From Candidatus Kappaea frigidicola (GTDB lineage Bacteria > Omnitrophota > Gorgyraeia > JAGLLT01), in the NCBI GenBank assembly GCA_030765555.1, contig JAVCCI010000073.1, forward strand, positions 1-46,179: a DNA stretch of 46,179 nucleotides, given 5' to 3'. The first letter of the stretch is position 1, and every line of letters begins with the position of its first letter. Below the pieces are notes generated by a model. It made no database searches, was not told the DNA's origin, and was given only the letters and a program-made list of their open reading frames with translations. The position numbers were made by a program, and so were the translations under genes. Positions 36,129-44,671 of the stretch are shown here, one piece after another.

Positions 36129-37727
36129 ATGCTAAATGTGTTGAGAAAAAAAGAAAACATGCGTGCAATACTTTGGGTTATATGTTTCATAATTATAATA
36201 ACCTTTGTTTTTTTTGGAATGCGTACTGGAGGACTTAACTCAGGTCCTAGTTCACAATATGCTGGTATACTCTACGGTAAAAAGGTGTCAAATGAAGATT
36301 ATGCAAAAAGCTACAAGGCTTGCTATAATCAAGCACTTATGCTCTATGGTGCCGATTTACCTAAAGTTATGGAGCGTCTTAATTTAAAAACACAAGCTTG
36401 GGAAAGAATAATCCTCATAAAAGAAGCCGAAAACCAGCGCATAACAGCTAGTGATAGTGAAGTAAAAGATAGGATTGTTGCTATATTTGGAGGTCCAGAA
36501 AGTTTCAATAAAGAAAAATATGAAACTATATTAGCAAATTACTTTAACACTACACCACGAGCTTTTGAAGAAGAAATAAGAAACTCTCTAAAAATAAGTA
36601 ATCTTCTTGAAACTGTTACTGCAGATATATCCCTCTCTGATGAAGAAGTTCTAGAAATGTATAAAAAAGAAAATGAAAAAGCCAAAGTCGCCTATGTTGC
36701 CATAGAACCAGTGAGCTTCATTGATTCTATTTCTCCCAGCGACGCTGATTTAGAATTATACTACAATGAGAATAAAGACCTATTTAAAACTCAACCACAA
36801 ATTAACGTGCAATATATAGTTTTAGCCACCGATGATAATTTAGATAAAGCAGAAGTAACCCAGGAAGAAATAGAAAATTATTATACCTCAAACAAGGAAA
36901 CTTTTCTTATTACCTCAGAAGCCGAAACACCAGAAGAAGAACCACAATACAAAGCTCTCGCTGATGTCAAAGAAGAAATAAAAACAACTCTTCTAAAACA
37001 ACAAGCTAAAGACTTCGCTCTAGATCAGGCAGTCATCATCGAGCAGGAAATTAACGATGGGACAACACTTGATATAGCTGCTTCTAAAAATAATATAGAA
37101 ATTAGGGAAACTGGCCTTTTTGCAGCCAATCAATCTATTCCTGAAATAGGTTGGAATTTTCAGTTCTTAAAAACAGCTTTTAATTTACAAGAAAACGATG
37201 TCAGCGAAATCACTGAAATGCCTGATGGATATTACATCTTAAGATTAAAAGAAAGAAGAGATTCCTACATTCCAGAATTTACCGATACAAAGGATAGGGT
37301 AAAACAAGCGTATGTTGCTACAAAAGCAGTTGAATTAGCAAAGGCAAAAGCTAATGAATATCAGACAGATTTTAAAAATAAAGTAGCTACTGGAGAAAAC
37401 TTCAAAGACATAGCAAAATCATTAAATTTAAAAGTTGAAGTAACTGATTTCTTTTCATACAATGATTATGTGCAGAGCGTCGGTAAGTCTCCTGAGTTCA
37501 ATGATGCAGCTTTTTCCTTAAAAAAGGGTGAAGTCTCAGAAGCCATACCTACTTCCAAAAGTTTAATCATTCTAACGCTAGAAGATAAAACTTCAATAGA
37601 TTTAAAACAATTTGAAACTGACAAAGCAGAATTCAGCAAAAAAGCCCTGCAGATAAAACAAGGAGAAATCTTCCAAGTTTGGTTTAACCATCTTTTAGAA
37701 AAGTCTGGACTACAAAGTAATGTATAA
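36129..37727 (+). CDS. PpiD/SurA-N-family membrane-anchored periplasmic chaperone
   Basis: I moved the start to the ATG at 36129, which has an AGGAGG SD 9 nt upstream. MLNVLRKKENMRAILWVICFIIIITFVFFG is an N-terminal TM anchor, as in PpiD. A SurA_N-like helical region follows. The parvulin-like segment looks degenerate. Confidence 0.75.
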   Translation: MLNVLRKKENMRAILWVICFIIIITFVFFGMRTGGLNSGPSSQYAGILYGKKVSNEDYAKSYKACYNQALMLYGADLPKVMERLNLKTQAWERIILIKEAENQRITASDSEVKDRIVAIFGGPESFNKEKYETILANYFNTTPRAFEEEIRNSLKISNLLETVTADISLSDEEVLEMYKKENEKAKVAYVAIEPVSFIDSISPSDADLELYYNENKDLFKTQPQINVQYIVLATDDNLDKAEVTQEEIENYYTSNKETFLITSEAETPEEEPQYKALADVKEEIKTTLLKQQAKDFALDQAVIIEQEINDGTTLDIAASKNNIEIRETGLFAANQSIPEIGWNFQFLKTAFNLQENDVSEITEMPDGYYILRLKERRDSYIPEFTDTKDRVKQAYVATKAVELAKAKANEYQTDFKNKVATGENFKDIAKSLNLKVEVTDFFSYNDYVQSVGKSPEFNDAAFSLKKGEVSEAIPTSKSLIILTLEDKTSIDLKQFETDKAEFSKKALQIKQGEIFQVWFNHLLEKSGLQSNV

Positions 37728-37811
37728 TATTTAATAGATTTATTTGTCTGATTTTTCTATTTCTTCATTAGCAATATCTTTTAATATTAAAGCTTTTTAA
37801 GGCAATAAAAA

Positions 37812-37861
37812 ACCTCCAGTTTATTTTCACGTTTTCAAAAAACGTAACTAATTCTGGAGGT
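37812..37861 (-). terminator. Rho-independent terminator of the nrdR-nrdD-redoxin operon (may act in both directions)
   Basis: ACCTCCAG (37812-37819) pairs with CTGGAGGT (37854-37861). There is an inner 7-bp helix, ACGTTTT/AAAACGT. On the minus-strand transcript the hairpin is followed by TTTTTTATT. It lies between the convergent ppiD-like and redoxin genes. Confidence 0.65.
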
Positions 37862-37901
37862 CGTAAAAACACCTCTTTAGAAAGCTAATACATTTTATAA
37901 A

Positions 37902-38168
37902 TTATAGTATATAAGTTTTAAACTCGTCTGATTTGGGCACTTCCCCATCCCAACGAGCTACAACGCTACCTTCTTTTTCTAAAATAGTTGCCGGAATATC
38001 CAAGACATCGTTCATAGCCGCCTCAGTAAGACCTTCAACTGAATCCATATCAAGAAATGAAATTATTAATTTATCAGCTAAATCCCACTTATTTATAAAA
38101 AATTCTATTTTACTTTTAGTGGTTTTGCATTTAGCGCAACCTTGCTTACCGAATATTTTAATATGCAC
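37902..38168 (-). CDS. Small thioredoxin-fold redoxin (NrdH/glutaredoxin-like, CxxC)
   Basis: I moved the start to the GTG at 38168, which lies 7 nt after a GGGAGGG SD. The N-terminus reads (M)HIKIFGKQGCAKCKTTK, i.e. beta1-CxxC-helix of a thioredoxin fold. It is 88 aa and lies immediately downstream of nrdD. Confidence 0.75.
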   Translation of the reverse strand: MHIKIFGKQGCAKCKTTKSKIEFFINKWDLADKLIISFLDMDSVEGLTEAAMNDVLDIPATILEKEGSVVARWDGEVPKSDEFKTYIL

Positions 38169-38252
38169 GGCCCTACCCTCCCTCAATTATATATAGTAAT
38201 CAATTTCTTGTTAATAAATTATCGTTCCCAAATACATGAGAGCGGTAATGCT

Positions 38253-40688
38253 TTATGTAAGACCGTATGCACCCTTCTGACGGTCTTTTAATTCACCTAT
38301 TTTGGATTTATTCCAATTATCAATCCTGGAATAATAACCTACAATCCTAGTTATTCCATAAACGTTACTTGATTCACAGTGCCCACAATTTTCTACTAGC
38401 CCCCTGCTGACTTTACTACAATCGTTACAGATAGTGAATTCTGGTGATATAACCAACTGGGCTGCTTGAGTATTTTTATATGTTCTTTCCACCAATTTCA
38501 TAATAGCCTCTTTAGATGGCTTATTCTCACCAATAAAGGCATGAATTATCGCCCCTGACTCAATCATAGTATGAAATCTGCTCTGCTTTTGAATGCGAGT
38601 GATCAAATCGATATCAGCATCAGCTCTAAAGTGAATTGAATTTGTATAATAAGCCTCATCATTCTCTACATTACCTTTTACAACTGTATGCGCTGCGGGA
38701 TAATTTTTGAGGTCAACCTTGGCCAATCTTCTTGCGGCTGATTCTGCTGGTGATTCCTCTAAGGAAAACTTCAAACCTAATTTCTTTTCTTCTTCTTTGG
38801 CTCTTAAAAACATATGTGAAATGATTTTTAGGCCCAACTTATAGGTCTCGTCATCATCATGAAGCTCTTTACCAGTTAAGGCTTGAACACATTCATTAAG
38901 GCCGATAAGACCAACAATGTAAGTAGCCTGATCTAAATCAATATACGGCCTGCCGTCCTTAGCTATTTTGCCAACTTCCCACATAGGCATACCCGGTTTA
39001 CTCATCAATTTAGCAATAAATTCTTTCTTTTGTAAATGGGCTTTAAAAACTAAATCCATAGCTGTATCTATTTCACCAAAAACTCCCTGTATATTACCCC
39101 TGCCAGCCCTATAAGCTGCCTGAGGTAAATTAACGGTTACATTCTGAAAACCACAGAACCTCATTGACTCTGGGTGTTCTATCATGTAGTTATCTTTTAT
39201 TTGAGTTCTGAGCCGACAACAAGCAGAAAGAGTTACTTCGTCTCTATCAAAAATGAAATAGGTAGAACCATTTTCGCTAGCAATCTGAGAAGCATAATCT
39301 AAAAGTTCAAGCTGTTTTGGATCCGCGAGGCCCTCTTCGGTAATATGAAAATCGCACTTAGGAAACGCAAAGGGATGACCATCTCGATCACCTTCACGCC
39401 AAACACTTAACATCGCTCTAGTAAACTCCTGTGCTGCTTCTTCATAGTCTCCATAAGTTCTACCTGTGGGTTTTCCTCCCGGACCAATTGCTGGGATATT
39501 TTTAAGATAAGTGGGTATACCTGTATGAATATTAAAATCAATAAATAAACTCTGCCCGCCTCTGGAAAACGCATTTTGACTACCTGAGAATATTAGATAT
39601 TGGGCTTCTTGTCTCATTTCTTTAAAACTCATACCTTCAACATAGGGAGCATAAAATATATTAACATAGCCTATACCTAAAGCTCCTGCATAATAGGCCT
39701 GCATAGAAGCTAAATAAGTATTAAGATGCCCTGTTAATGTCCTGGCATGTGACGCCGGGGCACTTGCTGTATCTAAATTACCTAAATCCAAACCGTATTT
39801 CTTGATATATTCCAAAGAATGGCTACTACAATAAACCCGGGGGTATCCAAGATCATGAACATGAACCATACCTTTTAAATGTCCGGTAGCTACATCTGCA
39901 GAGAAAATATTCTGCAACATATATTGCTTCAATGTTGTTTCAGCTATAGCTAAATTAATTGCTTCTGGATTATTTGAAGTAATGTTGCTATTTTCAGAAC
40001 TCTTAGAATAAATAAGTTGCTCAATATCAAAAGAAGGCATACCAATAACAGCCTGTTTCTTTAATTTCTTACCCAAACCTCTTTCAAAAAGCTCATTATC
40101 TACTAATTCTCTAATGAGTGAGGTCGAAATCTGACCAATCCCTGATCTGAATATTTTTTGCTCAACACTTGAAGCTATATCCCAAGAAAGATCTTCAGTA
40201 ATCTTAGCCTCTTTTTGAAGAGCTTGAGCTATTCGCTGTTTTTCCCAAGTTAATATTTTATCCTTGGCTAAAGGAGTAACTAATAAAGATAAATCAGTAG
40301 AATCGGTTCTTTCTTGAACTCTTTTTCTTACCTGAAGCTTCGATCTCAAATCAGTTCTTTTTTCACGATAGAGAATATAGGCTTTAGCTGTTTTAGCATG
40401 ACCAGTTTCAATTAAAACTTTTTCAACTATATCCTGAATTTCTTCAATTGAAGGATTTTTATCAATAAAATTCTTCTTTAGATATAAAGAGACTACATTA
40501 GAAAGTTCTTCTGCCAGCAGCCTATCTTCACCGCCTACCGCTTTAGCCGCTTTAAAAATCGCGTCCTCAATCCTCTTTTTTGAAAATGGAATAACCCGGC
40601 TATTTCTTTTTTTGACGTGGGTAAAACAAGGGGTCGTTTTATTGCCTGATGCAATTTTATTATTTACAGCAGCAGTACTTTCTGACAT
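38253..40688 (-). CDS. nrdD: Anaerobic (class III) ribonucleoside-triphosphate reductase
   Basis: 811 aa. N-terminal ATP-cone (VIPFSKKRIEDAI...), C-terminal zinc site CNDC-x11-CGHC, and the glycyl-radical motif TRIVGYYSRIDNWNKSKIGELKDRQ. Confidence 0.93.
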   Translation of the reverse strand: MSESTAAVNNKIASGNKTTPCFTHVKKRNSRVIPFSKKRIEDAIFKAAKAVGGEDRLLAEELSNVVSLYLKKNFIDKNPSIEEIQDIVEKVLIETGHAKTAKAYILYREKRTDLRSKLQVRKRVQERTDSTDLSLLVTPLAKDKILTWEKQRIAQALQKEAKITEDLSWDIASSVEQKIFRSGIGQISTSLIRELVDNELFERGLGKKLKKQAVIGMPSFDIEQLIYSKSSENSNITSNNPEAINLAIAETTLKQYMLQNIFSADVATGHLKGMVHVHDLGYPRVYCSSHSLEYIKKYGLDLGNLDTASAPASHARTLTGHLNTYLASMQAYYAGALGIGYVNIFYAPYVEGMSFKEMRQEAQYLIFSGSQNAFSRGGQSLFIDFNIHTGIPTYLKNIPAIGPGGKPTGRTYGDYEEAAQEFTRAMLSVWREGDRDGHPFAFPKCDFHITEEGLADPKQLELLDYASQIASENGSTYFIFDRDEVTLSACCRLRTQIKDNYMIEHPESMRFCGFQNVTVNLPQAAYRAGRGNIQGVFGEIDTAMDLVFKAHLQKKEFIAKLMSKPGMPMWEVGKIAKDGRPYIDLDQATYIVGLIGLNECVQALTGKELHDDDETYKLGLKIISHMFLRAKEEEKKLGLKFSLEESPAESAARRLAKVDLKNYPAAHTVVKGNVENDEAYYTNSIHFRADADIDLITRIQKQSRFHTMIESGAIIHAFIGENKPSKEAIMKLVERTYKNTQAAQLVISPEFTICNDCSKVSRGLVENCGHCESSNVYGITRIVGYYSRIDNWNKSKIGELKDRQKGAYGLT

Positions 40689-40693
40689 CCTGT

Positions 40694-41155
40694 TTATTTC
40701 CTCTCCTTAGCTAGTATTTGTTTAAGCTCTTTCATGAACTGATTAACATCCTTAAATTCTCTATAAACAGAGGCAAACCTCACATAAGCTACCTGGTCTA
40801 ATTTGCCTAAGCGTTGCATTATAAGTTCGCCCACTTCAACAGATTCAACCTCTTTATCAAAATTTCTTTGAAGTGTTCTTTCAATATCATCAACAGTTTC
40901 TTCTAATTTTTCAACACTAATCGGTCTCTTCTCACAGGACTTCACAAGACCCGAAAGCACCTTTTTCCTATCAAATGATTCTCTGCGACCATCTTTCTTA
41001 ACCACCATTAAAGATACGCCTTCTATATGTTCATAGGTCGTATAACGCCTCTGACACTTAAGGCATTCCCTTCTTCTTCTGATGGCATCCCCTTCTTGCG
41101 AGGATCTGGAATCAACTACTTTATCTTCTTCGTGGCCACAATAGGGACATTTCAT
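40694..41155 (-). CDS. nrdR: Transcriptional repressor NrdR
   Basis: MKCPYCGHEEDKVVDSR...RRRRECLKCQRRYTTYE zinc ribbon plus an ATP-cone. Confidence 0.95.
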   Translation of the reverse strand: MKCPYCGHEEDKVVDSRSSQEGDAIRRRRECLKCQRRYTTYEHIEGVSLMVVKKDGRRESFDRKKVLSGLVKSCEKRPISVEKLEETVDDIERTLQRNFDKEVESVEVGELIMQRLGKLDQVAYVRFASVYREFKDVNQFMKELKQILAKERK

Positions 41156-41192
41156 TTTTTAATTATTCCTTTTTATCAAATTTGGCGGAAAA

Positions 41193-41208
41193 CCACACTA
41201 TATTGTGT
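41193..41208 (-). promoter_or_regulatory. NrdR box 1 (promoter-proximal, downstream of the -10)
   Basis: The minus strand reads ACACAATATAGTGTGG. That is 14 of 16 matches to the NrdR-box palindrome as I recall it (acaCwAtATaTwGtgt). Confidence 0.6.
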
Positions 41209-41219
41209 TGAATAACATA

Positions 41220-41247
41220 ATTATACACTATATTTAGAATTTGTCAA
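41220..41247 (-). promoter_or_regulatory. Consensus sigma70 promoter of nrdR-nrdD
   Basis: Minus strand: TTGACA (41247-41242), 16-nt spacer, TATAAT (41225-41220). Both hexamers are perfect. Confidence 0.65.
41225..41240 (-). promoter_or_regulatory. NrdR box 2 (within the -35/-10 spacer)
   Basis: The plus strand reads ACACTATATTTAGAAT, 13 of 16 matches to the recalled consensus. The centre-to-centre distance to box 1 is 32 bp, about three helical turns. Confidence 0.5.
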
Positions 41248-41315
41248 GGCGTAAAAAAATTATAATTCTTAACTCTTTTTACCCAAAAGTGTATTAAATA
41301 AAACACTTGCAATAC

Positions 41316-41801
41316 TTACTCTTTTCTAAGACTACGGACCTTAATTCCACTCTCTTTGAGTAATTTTTTTGATTCTTTATCGGGATAAGATGCCGAGATA
41401 ATTATTTCCTTTATCCCGGAGTTGATAATCATTTTAGCACAGATAATACATGGATGAGTAGTACAATATAAAACAGAACCTTTAATGCTTACTCCATGAA
41501 CTGCGGCTTGAATAATAGCATTTTGCTCAGCATGCAAACCTCGACATAATTCGTGACGCTCACCGGAAGGCACATGCATCTGTTCTCGCAAACATCCACC
41601 TATTTGACCACAATGCTTTAAACCTGAAGGAGCTCCATTATAACCAGATGACAGAATTCTCTTGTCCTTAACAATAACTGCTCCAACCTTACGCCTAAGG
41701 CAAGTAGATCTCTTGGATACAACCTTAGTTATTTCAATAAAATATTCATCCCAGTTAGGTCTAGTATTCTTCTTCACGCTTTTTAGACTTTCTGCATCCA
41801 C
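41316..41801 (-). CDS. dCMP deaminase (ComEB/Dcd-type cytidine/deoxycytidylate deaminase)
   Basis: Zinc motifs HAEQNAI and PCIICAKMI, with the WDEYF N-terminal signature. It overlaps the glyA 3' end by 19 nt. Confidence 0.88.
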   Translation of the reverse strand: MDAESLKSVKKNTRPNWDEYFIEITKVVSKRSTCLRRKVGAVIVKDKRILSSGYNGAPSGLKHCGQIGGCLREQMHVPSGERHELCRGLHAEQNAIIQAAVHGVSIKGSVLYCTTHPCIICAKMIINSGIKEIIISASYPDKESKKLLKESGIKVRSLRKE

Positions 41802-43045
41802 TCAATACGTTCTTTATAAAGCGGAAATTTATCAGTTAGCTCTTTGACCATTTCTTTAGCAGTTTTTAATTTGGCTTCATCTTCAGGATTCTTTAAGAGC
41901 ATCTCAATAATTTCAGCAATTTTTACCATCTCAGATTCTTTCATACCTCGACTAGTGACTGCCGGCGTGCCCATGCGGACACCGCTGGTAACCAACGGAG
42001 AATTCTTATCAAAAGGAATCATATTCTTATTTACTGTTATTCTGGCTTCATCTAAAATATTAGCAGCATCTTTTCCAGTTAAATTAACACTTGTCGCATC
42101 TATTAAAAATAAATGAGTATCGGTTCCACCAGAAACTATTCTGAAACCTTTTTTATCTAGTTCCGATGATAGAGTATTAGCATTTTTTATTATTTGTTTT
42201 TGATATTCCTTAAATTCGGGCTTTAATGCTTCACCAAAAGCAGCTGCTTTAGCAGCAATAACATGCATTAAAGGTCCACCTTGAATACCTGGGAAGATAT
42301 TTACGTCTACCTTCTTGGCATATTCTTCTTTACACATTATCATACCGCCCCTAGGACCACGAAGCGTCTTATGCGTAGTTGTAGTTACAAAGTCAGAACA
42401 GGAAACCGGATCCGGATGCAGTTTCGCAGCAACTAAACCGGCAATATGAGCTATATCCACCATTAAATAAGCACCAACTTTTTTAGCTATAGCAGAAAAT
42501 TTCTCAAAATCCAAAGTACGCGGATAAGCACTAGCACCTGCTACAATCATATTCGGCTTATGCTCAAGGGCAATTTTCTCTAATTCATCATAATCTAACT
42601 GCTCTGTCTCTTTATTCACTCCATAAGGCACTACCTTGAAGAATTTGCCTGAGAAATTCATTTTATGTCCGTGCGTCAAGTGGCCGCCATGAGCTAAATC
42701 AAGGGTCATAATCGTATCGCCTTGCTTTAAAACCGATAGATAGGAAGCCATATTGGCTTGCGAACCAGAATGTGCCTGCACATTAACATGTTCGGCCCCA
42801 AAAAGCTCTTTAGCTCTCTCGATAGCTAGATTTTCAGCTACATCTACAAATTGACAACCGTTATACCAACGCCTACCCGGATAACCTTCAGCATATTTAT
42901 TAGTTAAAGCAGAGCCCTGAGCAAAAAGAACATTTTCAGAGACAAAGTTCTCACTGGCTATAAACTCTAAGTTGTCGTTTTGTCTTTTGGTTTCATCTAG
43001 AATGGCTTGAAATAACACTGGGTCTGCGCTTTTGAGATTGTGCAT
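41783..43045 (-). CDS. glyA: Serine hydroxymethyltransferase
   Basis: 420 aa with LEFIASENF, the PLP-lysine region [14 protein letters not shown], and others. Confidence 0.95.
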   Translation of the reverse strand: MHNLKSADPVLFQAILDETKRQNDNLEFIASENFVSENVLFAQGSALTNKYAEGYPGRRWYNGCQFVDVAENLAIERAKELFGAEHVNVQAHSGSQANMASYLSVLKQGDTIMTLDLAHGGHLTHGHKMNFSGKFFKVVPYGVNKETEQLDYDELEKIALEHKPNMIVAGASAYPRTLDFEKFSAIAKKVGAYLMVDIAHIAGLVAAKLHPDPVSCSDFVTTTTHKTLRGPRGGMIMCKEEYAKKVDVNIFPGIQGGPLMHVIAAKAAAFGEALKPEFKEYQKQIIKNANTLSSELDKKGFRIVSGGTDTHLFLIDATSVNLTGKDAANILDEARITVNKNMIPFDKNSPLVTSGVRMGTPAVTSRGMKESEMVKIAEIIEMLLKNPEDEAKLKTAKEMVKELTDKFPLYKERIEWMQKV

Positions 43046-43124
43046 TTTTTCTTACTCCCGAAATTGTAATTAATACTAAAAAGATAAAAGCTACTATAAA
43101 CAAAAATGCCTTATTTTGCAAGTC

Positions 43125-43574
43125 TTATTTTGAATATTTTTTCTCAATCTCACTTATCTTTTCCACTCTTCTTTGATGTCTTCCTCCTTCAAAAGATGTT
43201 GCAAGCCAAACATCTAACATTTTTTGAGCTTCTTCGGCTGAAGTATATTTAGCCCCAAAAACAATAACATTAGCATCATTATGAAGGCGGGAAAATTTAG
43301 CTTGGTCATCATTTAAGCAAAGTGCAGCTCGGACTCCCGGCACCTTATTAGCAGTCATTGACTGGCCTATACCTGTTGTGCAGATTAAAACACCCAACTC
43401 AACCTCTTGCCTGCTTACCATATCAGCTACAGCTAAACCAAAATCAGGATAGTCTACACTCTGATTGGAATTAGTACCGCAATCAATTATTTGAATATTC
43501 TTTGACTTTAAATAAGTTATCAGCGATTCTTTTAACTCATAACCTCCGTGATCAGCTCCAATTGCAATTTTCAT
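43125..43574 (-). CDS. rpiB: Ribose-5-phosphate isomerase B
   Basis: MKIAIGADHGGYELK...GVLICTTGIG are typical RpiB/LacAB motifs. Confidence 0.93.
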   Translation of the reverse strand: MKIAIGADHGGYELKESLITYLKSKNIQIIDCGTNSNQSVDYPDFGLAVADMVSRQEVELGVLICTTGIGQSMTANKVPGVRAALCLNDDQAKFSRLHNDANVIVFGAKYTSAEEAQKMLDVWLATSFEGGRHQRRVEKISEIEKKYSK

Positions 43575-43591
43575 ATATTTTTCCTTTTTCT

Positions 43592-44671
43592 TTAAATAAA
43601 ATCTTTAATCCTTAAAACCTCTTTTTTAATCTCCTCAGCTACCCTCTTATAGACTTCCAAACTCTGTCCTATCGGATCTGCTACTTCAAAATTAGTCCTG
43701 CCGGATGAATCTTTATATTCCCTCAAAAGAAACACTTTATCACTTATTTCAGGCATAACATCCAAAACATAATCCTTGTGTCTAGTCTGCATAACAAAGA
43801 TAAGGTCGGCTCTTTTAATCATCGCTAAAGTAATATGCTTGCTTCTTTCACCTGAAACATCAATAAGTTGCCTTTGCATGACTTCTATTGTTTCCTTAGT
43901 GGGTGAAAATCCGCTAATAGCCGCTGTTCCAGCAGAATCCACCGTAACATCTTTGCGATGCTCTAATACTTTTTTAAGTAATCCCTTGGCCATAACACTA
44001 CGACAGCTATTACCTGTGCAAACCACAAGAATATTCTTAAGTTTTAGAAATTTGCCTTCAGCTGAAAATTCTTTATTTAGCTGCCTGGTGCCAATGACTC
44101 CTTCCCTTAATACTAAGTATGGTTCTTGAGTTAAATCAATAATTGCAGACTCAACTCCACTGGCCTTACTTTTAACTTCGATAATCCCTTCGATTATTCC
44201 ATCAAAACTCACAATCACATCCTGAGCTCCTCTTGGAGCTGGCTCACCTGAAAAATTTGCACTAGGCACATATAAGGGTAGGCCGCATTCTTTTAAAACT
44301 CCAAGGGCAATCTCATCTTGAGGTATTCTAAAAGCAAGTTTCTCTTCATTTTTACTTTTTAATATAATTGTTAAGGGGCCAGGCCAAAACTTATTCATTA
44401 AAGCCTTAGCGTCTTCATTAATTTCAACATTATATTCATCTATTTTATCTACGGAGGAAATCTGAATAACAAAGGGCTTTGATAGAGGTCGACGCTTTAT
44501 TTCATAAAGCCTTTTAACTGCCTCTTCATTTCGACTATTTACAGCTAAACCGTAAACCGTATCTGTCGGCAATGCTAGAAGCCCACCTGATGCTAATATT
44601 TCTGCTGATTGTTTTATCTTACCAGAATCAATTTTTTTATAATCTATTTTAAATATCTTTGTTTTAGGCAT
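43592..44671 (-). CDS. tsaC: Fusion protein: L-threonylcarbamoyladenylate synthase (TsaC/YrdC domain) + low-molecular-weight protein phosphatase (YwlE-like)
   Basis: aa 1-195 carry the YrdC fold motifs (LALPTDTVYGLAV, EIKRRPLSKP, PSANFSGEP). From about aa 213 there is an LMW-PTP domain with the P-loop VVCTGNSCRS and a DP general-acid motif (VADPIG). Confidence 0.88.
   Translation of the reverse strand: MPKTKIFKIDYKKIDSGKIKQSAEILASGGLLALPTDTVYGLAVNSRNEEAVKRLYEIKRRPLSKPFVIQISSVDKIDEYNVEINEDAKALMNKFWPGPLTIILKSKNEEKLAFRIPQDEIALGVLKECGLPLYVPSANFSGEPAPRGAQDVIVSFDGIIEGIIEVKSKASGVESAIIDLTQEPYLVLREGVIGTRQLNKEFSAEGKFLKLKNILVVCTGNSCRSVMAKGLLKKVLEHRKDVTVDSAGTAAISGFSPTKETIEVMQRQLIDVSGERSKHITLAMIKRADLIFVMQTRHKDYVLDVMPEISDKVFLLREYKDSSGRTNFEVADPIGQSLEVYKRVAEEIKKEVLRIKDFI

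Noticed and set aside
35960-36190. 76-aa minus-strand ORF, plus the 5' extension of the ppiD-like ORF (36045-36128).
   Set aside because: The minus-strand ORF overlaps the predicted ppiD promoter, SD and start. The plus-strand extension precedes a perfect AGGAGG-N9-ATG, and the TM anchor begins right after the internal Met. Both are best explained as non-coding.
38186-38211. TTAACA-17-TATAAT promoter-like element between nrdD and the redoxin gene.
   Set aside because: The implied transcription start would fall inside the GGGAGGG Shine-Dalgarno of the redoxin gene. Co-transcription with nrdD is the simpler reading.
41287-41308. Hairpin AAGTGT-N10-ACACTT after the dCMP deaminase gene, as a terminator.
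   Set aside because: It has only a 6-bp AT-rich stem, a 10-nt loop and no U-tract, so it is too weak to call.
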